Made by a program: the position numbers and the translations under genes. A model generated the notes under the pieces. That model ran no database searches. It was not told where the DNA came from and saw only the letters and a program-made list of their open reading frames with translations. DNA of 60,000 bases from Lytechinus pictus (lineage: Eukaryota). This document shows, piece after piece, positions 52,467-60,000 of the stretch (position 1 is the first letter of the stretch; each line of letters begins with the position of its first letter). The stretch lies in assembly GCF_037042905.1 (NCBI RefSeq), contig NC_087251.1, positions 37,822,001 through 37,882,000 of the forward strand, given 5' to 3'.

Positions 52467-54911
52467 ACCCCTCCCCATATCTCTCTTTCTCTCACTCTTT
52501 CAAAATTTAAGATTTTGAGAAAGTAGGAGAATTTTTTTCTCTCTCATGTTTCTAAAGTGCCGACAAAGAGCTTCTGCTTTCTCTCTCTTTCTTCTTCAAT
52601 CCTGTTTCTGAGGAGTCAAATTTGACTTGGTTATATAGTGCCAGTCTGGAGTCAGCTGAGTCAAAGTGACTTGATTCTGAGTGAATTTGACTCATGATCA
52701 AATTGTTTTCGGCTGATGCCACACCAATCCAAGTAAAATTTACTCTGAATCCGAGTCACTTGGATTAGAGTTGACGCCCAAATGGTGCCATTATTAGTCA
52801 AATTTGATTCAGAAGAAATAAAAAGTGTTCCTTCTAAAGGTATTTCTCCAAATTCATAGAAATCATATACTACTAGTATACAGAGCAAAAGCTGGGGGGG
52901 GGGGCACAGGGGGGGACGTGTACATAGAGGACCACACCTGTCATTTTACTCTGGTGTTGAACACCCATGTGTGTAATTAAAACACTTCTGGTATTAAAAC
53001 ACTCTGGTTGTTACTTTTACACTCTTTGGTGTTATATATTAAAACTCAAGGGTGTAAGTTTACCATCTCAAGGTGTGGCCCTCTTAGGAAACCAACTGGG
53101 GTCATGCAGATTTAACACCCCAATTTTTAGCAAAAAAGATTTATCCACTGATGTAACGGCCCTTCAACCTCATAACACCTACATGTTGGATAAAAAGGAC
53201 AACACACTTTCACCTCATCAATAGACCATGAAACCCAGGCCTAAATAAAAATATTGACTAAAAATGAGGTGCTTAAGATTCCAGCAATTACAGCCTGCTA
53301 TTTAAATAGTCTTGAGACTATTGATGGTAAAACCACTGCTAAACAAATAGGCTCCATTTTCCTTTCCTTCACCAAGAGTCAAGTGCGTCATTCAAACTAC
53401 AAGGGAAGGGACTCTTCTTGCCGTGCGACCACACTCTCACTCCTACCCCATCGACTTCAGACTATCGATTTAAAGCTTCGTATTGATTTCTTCAAACCAT
53501 TGTAAAGAAGATTTTAATCTTTGAGAAGCTGTTAGGTATTGAGCATGCACAATGTGCAATCATAATGATCATAGTGCTGGATGCATACAGCGCAATTAGT
53601 GCGCCTGATCTAGTCATCATCATTAACTTAATACTACTACCACAGACCAAATGGGAACATTTTGGTTAATTTCTACCATTTTCTTGTAAAGCTTTGTTTT
53701 TCTCAAATTTAAACTAAATTGATATGATTATCCGATTTCAGGAAATCATTCAGTAGTATACTTTATTCCTAAAAAAACGTCATTTAAATAAAATAAAAAT
53801 CATTTAATAGCTTCCTTATATTTTTTCCTGAAAAAATAGAAAGATGAGAGTGACACCCATCAGTGCAGTAAATAAAGCAGATGATTCTTCTGCTACTATC
53901 CTTATTGCAATCAAAGCACGCTCCAGTATTCTCAGACGACTAAGTAAGTCATACCACATTGTGTTATCAGATAAAGTGTACTCAACAAAATAACAGTTAT
54001 TCTAACTGGAAAGAAATGATTATATTTTAGTGTCTCTGAAATGCATTTCATTTTTCTTTCTTTCTTAATTGGAAAGGACCACGATACAGTCAGTGTATAG
54101 TTTCCAAAGAATGTGAAAGTTGTGTATAAGAATGGTTGTAAAAAAAAGGACAGGTTTACATGTAAGTAAAAAATTACATCTGCCTTAATAATAACTATTG
54201 AAAACTCCTTTGAATTTCATTGATCAATATGAAAATGCTTCTAAAATACAAAATCCTAGAAACTTATTCATTCCTAAACATTCTCTGATGACAGTCAGGT
54301 TTAATCAACCACTAAAATGATTATCTTTTACAATCCAATAATGCAATTCTGAGACCTACAGGTGATTCTGGCCAGACTCATAAAGATCTTGTATCATTTT
54401 CTTCTAATGAGCGCAACTTAATAATTAATGAACAAGATGGTAAGATTCCAATGAAGAGAAGGTATTGATTAATAGACCTAGAAAGTACACTGAGCGGAAC
54501 ATGGGTTCATGCTCCGATGGCAGCGAAGGGTTGGTACAATGAATGGCTGTCCCTGGAATCGGACCTGATACCAATAACACATGATGACTGCAGAATGCGT
54601 GATGACGTGTGCTGTAGTAAGACCATTACTAGGCTATTAAGGATTATAAAGTGTTTCCCTGAATTTAATGAAATGCCTATATATTGAGTGAGGGGTGTAT
54701 TCAGAAATAACACAAACAAAACACTTAGAGATGACTTAAAGATACAAAGTATATGGGAAAAGAATAGTTCCAAGGATAGAGTAAAAAAGTTTTCGCTTCC
54801 TTCTTTCTCAGTCCTCCCCGGTGATCATGTCAATGTAATACCATGTTAAGGTACATGTACATGCTAAATAAAACAGAAGGGAAATTCCATAATGATCATC
54901 AGTTTCACACA

Positions 54912-55255
54912 TCAAGAAAACTCAAACTGACTACAATTACAATAGTGAGGTTTTGAGAGAGTATCTGGATCGTTGTCCCAAACTGAGCAGGCTTGTAGGT
55001 ATTTTGTTCAATTTCTATGGAAATTTTTGGTCAAGTTAATTCAAAATAACTTAAAAAGTGAGGACCTGAGAAAATATCTGATCTTTGTCCCATACTGAGC
55101 TTTTAGATATTTTGTTCAATTTCCTAGATGAACATTTGGTCAAGAAAATTCAAAATGACTACAGAAGTGAGAACTTGAGGAATTATCTGATCTTTTATTT
55201 GTCCCAAACTGAGCAGACTTGCAGATGTTTTGTTCAATTTCTATAGGAATTTTTC
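54912..55255 (+). repeat. Three diverged ~110-119 bp tandem units
   Basis: tcaag...gtgag...ttgtccca(a/t)actgagc...ttttgttcaatttc repeated three times. Confidence 0.85.
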
Positions 55256-56219
55256 TTTCACATCTGTCAAGAACACGTCAAGCCAATTACAGTGAAGATC
55301 AATAATGTCCTTTACATTCATAAAGCCATTTATAAGGAGCTGCGACAAATGGAACATGTTTTGTTGAAAAATAGGGTGGAGGAGGTCAAAGGTCACAGAG
55401 CAAAGAAAATAAAAGGACATGAAAAAATAGTGATAAGACATGTCTTTCTTGCCTATTGTATAAAGACAGTAGTCATAATGGGAAGAATGTTTGATGATCG
55501 TTGAAGAATGTTGTTGATTAGTCATAACTGATTTTAAGGCTATTGTGCATTGGTCATCTTTCGCTATTTTCATTGTAACATACAACGTAACATTCACTGG
55601 GTGAATTTGTATTGGTGATTACTGATTAAATGATGGGGATTACAATAAAAATATTGTGTAGAACATTAATGCTACAGAATAAAGCATACCCAAGCGCTTG
55701 CTAAGCCTTTAAAAGTGGTTTCTTTGTACTTTAATTGTGTTATTTTTCCTTTCTTGAATGTACCAGTAATTCTGTTTACCTCAAGTAGTATAGGAGCCAG
55801 GATTAAAAACATCACAATAGTAATAGACAAGCTTACATGACTGTATGTATAGCAACAAAGCTTACAAGATTTATACACCTAAAATAAATGTGTATATAGG
55901 AAAGGGCAGTTTCAAGATTTTGGCCAAGAAAATGTAGAATAAAACTCTTGCAAATTAAATATGATGAATTCAATTCAAACTGTAAATTGGAACGGACTGA
56001 AGTACATTACCACATCAAACTGCCGCCACCCTGAAAAATATATTCTGATACTTTTGCATGAGCAAAATGTTTCTGTAGTTGTTCACAAGCATTTTTGGTT
56101 AACTATACGTACTTGTACTGTCTACACACGCCTGTCTTTTTTTCTCACCTGTATTTGAAAAGAGAATTTATAAACTCATGAGAACCTTATGGAACATATT
56201 TCATGTAAATTATACTCAC

Positions 56220-56334
56220 ACAAAATTTCCAACAAGTTGACTAGAGTTAGACCATCTGACACACTCTTGCGGAAGTCCGTCAACGGCTTGTGTTTCTTCT
56301 TCTTCAATACTTTGTTCAGCCATGTTAAGTGCTC
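56220..56334 (-). CDS. Exon 2, CH domain N-part (EHLTWLNKVLKKKKHKPLTDFRKSVSDGLTLVNLLEIL)
   Basis: ttctag acceptor, T|GTGAGT donor phase 1; W-x-N and S-D-G-x-x-L-x-x-L-L-E-I-L CH signature. Confidence 0.92.
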
Positions 56335-56464
56335 CTAGAATTGGATTGAACAAAACAAAACAAAAATTATATCATTAAAGATATAAAGAAAAAAACTTTT
56401 TTAATATGAGAAAACAAAGATGAACCAGAAAATATGTTGAAATTTGAACATTAAAAGTACTTAC

Positions 56465-56560
56465 CTTTTCAGTTGAACTGCCACTAGATTCACTCCGAAA
56501 CAGCTGAGTGATAGATCCTGATCTTATGTGTCGAGTGAATGGTTTGACCGATGTCCCCAT
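56465..56560 (-). CDS. Alternative coding exon 1b (MGTSVKPF...SSTEK)
   Basis: ATA-ATG-G start with an upstream in-frame TGA and no acceptor; consensus donor AAG|GTAAGT phase 0; 130-nt intron to exon 2. Confidence 0.65.
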
Positions 56561-58261
56561 TATTACAGAAACAGATCAAGATTTAATTAATATAATTCTG
56601 AGAGCTTTTTTCCATTAAAGGTACATAATATAAGATCATAAGTAAATTCCTTCATCATTGAATGTAACTCCAAAATTGATCCTTGTTCATGGATATTTTG
56701 TTTAATTGAATCACCAATGCAATGTTTCTAGCTCTGCTCACTACACGGTGTATCTAGTGTAATATTGGACTTTAGCAAATAGTTTTACTTTTAAATGTAC
56801 ATGTGTACAAAGGCTAACCATAAATCTCCAAATAGCTTTTTATCATTCCACTGATCAGAATTGATAATGTAGTCTTCTCAAAGAAGATGTAGTCTTCTCA
56901 AAGAAGAAAACAGGGAGAGAGACCATTTAAACACGATGAAATTTTCATTGTATTTAGCATTGTTATACAACATTGAAGTACAGTATGCTGTACTTTAATA
57001 TTATTTCTATCTATGTACAGACCTGTATACAAGCATGTATACATGCTCAGCATGAAATTTGTCCATATTGTACCACACTCTACCCTGGTGAGGTAAATGG
57101 GGACCTGGCAGAAATTTATTTCTTGATACAGAGAGTCTATAACTGCTGTGCTAAAGCCACTGGGGTAAGAAGTGTGAGGTTCTATATAAGCAATCATATT
57201 TATTATCATCATTTATCATTAGACTTTATACTGCAGGCGAGGGTCTGGATGAAGTAGATATTGCATATTGTATCATCGGAGGGAAAAAAACCAACAAAAA
57301 AATACAAAAATACAGCAAAACTTCAATCATTGCTCTGGAAAAGATACAGCAAAAAAAATTGCCAACTAGTCCATGAAATGTAGACTAGAACTTATGCCTC
57401 TTTTTTAAATAGCTATCATAAGAGCATGAGCATGGGTGTTTGTATACTCTATACTGGTCTCAAGCACAATGGTCAACAAATCAATCAAAATACATGTTGG
57501 ACAAGAAAATGAGAAGCAGCTAAGCACATAAATGTAGATGGAATCGCTCAATTTTTTTTAAAGAAGACATTGAATAGACTCTTATTTTGAGTCCTTGTTT
57601 TTTTTTTTTTAATTTGGTTACAATTTTGAAAATTTGAGATATTAATGACAAATACTAAAATGCATGCATCATTTCTACAAGCCTGTATTTTGTTCTTAGT
57701 GACTTTACAAATCGAAATAAACCTAACTTTTGATCAAATTTTCGAAACTGAGTTTTCTGCATACCGGTACTGGTATTCTGAAAGCCTCTCATTATAACTC
57801 TATAGAATACCAATTTCAGATCAAATTCTTATTATTTAAAGAATAAGAGCATATCTAAATTTTGTACAAACCGGCACATCCCCATCCCTTGTGACACAAA
57901 CAATTCTTTCTGTTACTAAAGCAGTCTCCAGAATGGTGCGAATTAAGAGGTCAATACCCTGACCTTAGGTATATGTTGTGCGCATGTGGCGTGTACATGC
58001 ATCAATTGAATGATTTTATGAACTGGCAAAAACCATGGTTTATGCTGCTAAAAACTATGCGCATGGTTTTACAAAGTGACTAAACACTTCTAAGATGCAT
58101 ACATGTACATGCATTGTGCTTTATTTCAAATATTGAAAACATGCATTTCAAATTCTGAACAACATTTCTATTTTCTAATTTGAAGGAAGAACATCCAATG
58201 CCTGATAACTTTAAAATTGGCTTGAAAAGGGAGATTGCAGTAGGGCATTTTCTGTGTAATT

Positions 58262-58466
58262 TCCAGGTATCACGACATTTGCTCTGGCAACAATTGCTCC
58301 AGGCTTTATTTCGTCTAAGATATACACTGTAGGGTTAGGGCTACGGTTGCAATTTAGGGTTTTATCTTAGGTTTAGGATAGGGTATAGTGTTAAATCAAG
58401 GGTCCTTCCATTAGTGTGTGGAATTTAGAGTGAAGCAATTGTCTCCGGAGCACGTGTCATGGAACC
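58262..58466. mobile_element. TIR element with an internal TTAGGG-like tract
   Basis: gacatttgctctggcaacaattgct vs agcaattgtctccggagcacgtgtc; agggttaggg/ttaggg/ttagga inside. Confidence 0.65.
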
Positions 58467-59608
58467 GGTGTTGTATAGGGCGTTACATACATCCATGTGG
58501 ATACAAAGTGAGCACTCCTACATGTTGACCACTTTAGGCGTCTCTTTTTGGTATGACTTTTATCCGAAAGAAAAGGAAGTGCATCCCTCACCAATTTCAC
58601 CTGGAGGACGAGCCCCAATTTATTGATTATATGTCACCCCTATAAAGCTTTCGCCAAAGGATACTGACTTGGGGGAGAATACGAAGGTGTTAAAATCAAT
58701 TCGACTTGCCTGTGCTAAACCAGCAATTATCATTACAACCGTAATTGATAAAGAACATATAGCACCCATAGTACATGTATCGGATGTAAAGCACAATGTT
58801 CAGTATGTTTTTCAGGGCTGTGAAGTTTCCTTAAGTAGTTGAATGAACTTTTGCATCCCTGCCATAATCATATTTTTGTTTTAATGACTTAAAAAATCTA
58901 TCAAGTGATGTCCTTTCTGTATAACTCCGCTCTTTGTGTTTTAAAATAAAAGCCATTACATCTTGTCCATGATTTTCAGCCTCCTCCACAATTCCTTTTT
59001 CATTATACATATTTGTTGCCCAAGCTTATTGTGCTTTTATACTAACTTGATCATTGATCATTTTTTGATCGCAAATACCTTCTAGAGAAGACCGGGAATG
59101 GTGTGGAAACAATATACAGGAGGGGCAACTGAAAAGTTTTGAGCCTAACATAGAACTTAGGATAAAGATATGAAGACCAGATTTGGTCCATAAAATCTTT
59201 CAATTTCTTAATCCCACCCCCCCCCCCCGATTTCTTGGTCATAGCTATATTGAGTCTGATTTTTAAATTTAGGAACCTGTAAAATATGACTAGATATTGC
59301 TATGGCCAAGGAAATGGTAGGATTAAGAAATAAGAAAGATTTTATGGCCCAAATTTGGTCTTGATATTTCAATCCTTTCTATTTTAGGCTCAAAACTTTT
59401 CAGTTGTCCTTTGTAGAGTCTATAGTGCATGAGCTGACTAAAAATGGCCACTGCCCTAGCCTAGAAGGCATTTTGCGAACTGTGACAAAGCAAATCATTA
59501 TTTTCCCAAACTTAATTAGCAAAGTGCATGTATTTTGACAACTTATCGTAATCATTAACTGATATTTTTGTGACCGAAAGTGTATGAAAGCATTTGACGA
59601 TATCTCAC

Positions 59609-59833
59609 CTCGCATTCTTGCAATTCCCATTCTCCTCTGACAGTGTACTTGACGGGCAGGGGATTCTTAGTCTTGGTGTACAGACCCCGCTGTGCAGGCA
59701 CAAACCCGTTCTCCCTCGACTTCTCGTACACCTTCTCCGACTTGGCTGTCCAGGATTTGATGGGCTGAGGCTTGAGTTGCCTCGGACCTCCTCCTGAGGT
59801 CGTTGACCCCAAGTGTCCCTTGATGACCATCAT
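59609..59833 (-). CDS. Coding exon 1a (MMVIKGHLGS...EWELQECE)
   Basis: GCC-ATG after an in-frame TAA; 75 codons; donor GAG|GTGAGA phase 0, compatible with exon 2. Confidence 0.7.
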
Positions 59834-60000
59834 GGCAGCTGGTTTCTGCGGCGGCGATTCAACTCTCGTCAATTAAAAATGACCGCTTCATCATTGTCAT
59901 CAATATCTATGCTTGCACCTCTGATTATAATATCCCGTTTACAGTGAATAATTGACTGTCTGACATCAAGGTCTCCACTAGTCAATGAACGGTTTTTATA

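Larger units (their letters stand above)
18300..59833 (-). other. Multi-exon protein-coding gene model: CH domain + disordered region + coiled coil + SAM domain (~1096 aa with exon 1a, ~1053 aa with exon 1b)
   Basis: 18 exons joined by GT-AG introns with compatible phases. CDS totals 3291 nt (1097 codons including TGA) with no internal stop. The CH and SAM domains are recognisable only after splicing. Confidence 0.9.

Noticed and set aside
18300..59833. Naming the gene NAV or DIXDC1
   Set aside because: Only the CH domain resembles them; there is no AAA or DIX domain and the C-terminus is a SAM domain

Overview
AT-rich, repeat-dense eukaryotic genomic DNA. The SINE/MITE repertoire and intron style suggest an invertebrate deuterostome, probably a sea urchin (inference). 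There are no prokaryotic features, rRNA, tRNA or CRISPR. Most of the window (18300-59833, minus strand) is one gene. I assembled it by hand from 18 phase-compatible GT-AG coding exons plus one alternative first exon. It encodes about 1096 aa: an N-terminal calponin-homology (CH) domain of the NAV/DIXDC1 type, a long disordered Ser/Pro-rich region, coiled coils and a C-terminal SAM domain. I cannot assign a gene symbol. A probable ~4 kb 3' UTR extends to about 14150. Two exon-like segments (10552-10741, 5389-5532) may be the start of a second minus-strand gene (low confidence). Introns and flanks hold tRNA-derived SINEs, RTE and L2/CR1 LINE relics, many MITEs (TTAA-, TA- and CWG-target types), a Helentron/HINE-like element with an internal ~162-bp array, and several minisatellites. 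The most unusual DNA structure is a perfect 167-bp inverted repeat that extends 147 bp beyond the target site of an older, diverged MITE (46787-47670). Most ORFs in the supplied track are spurious.
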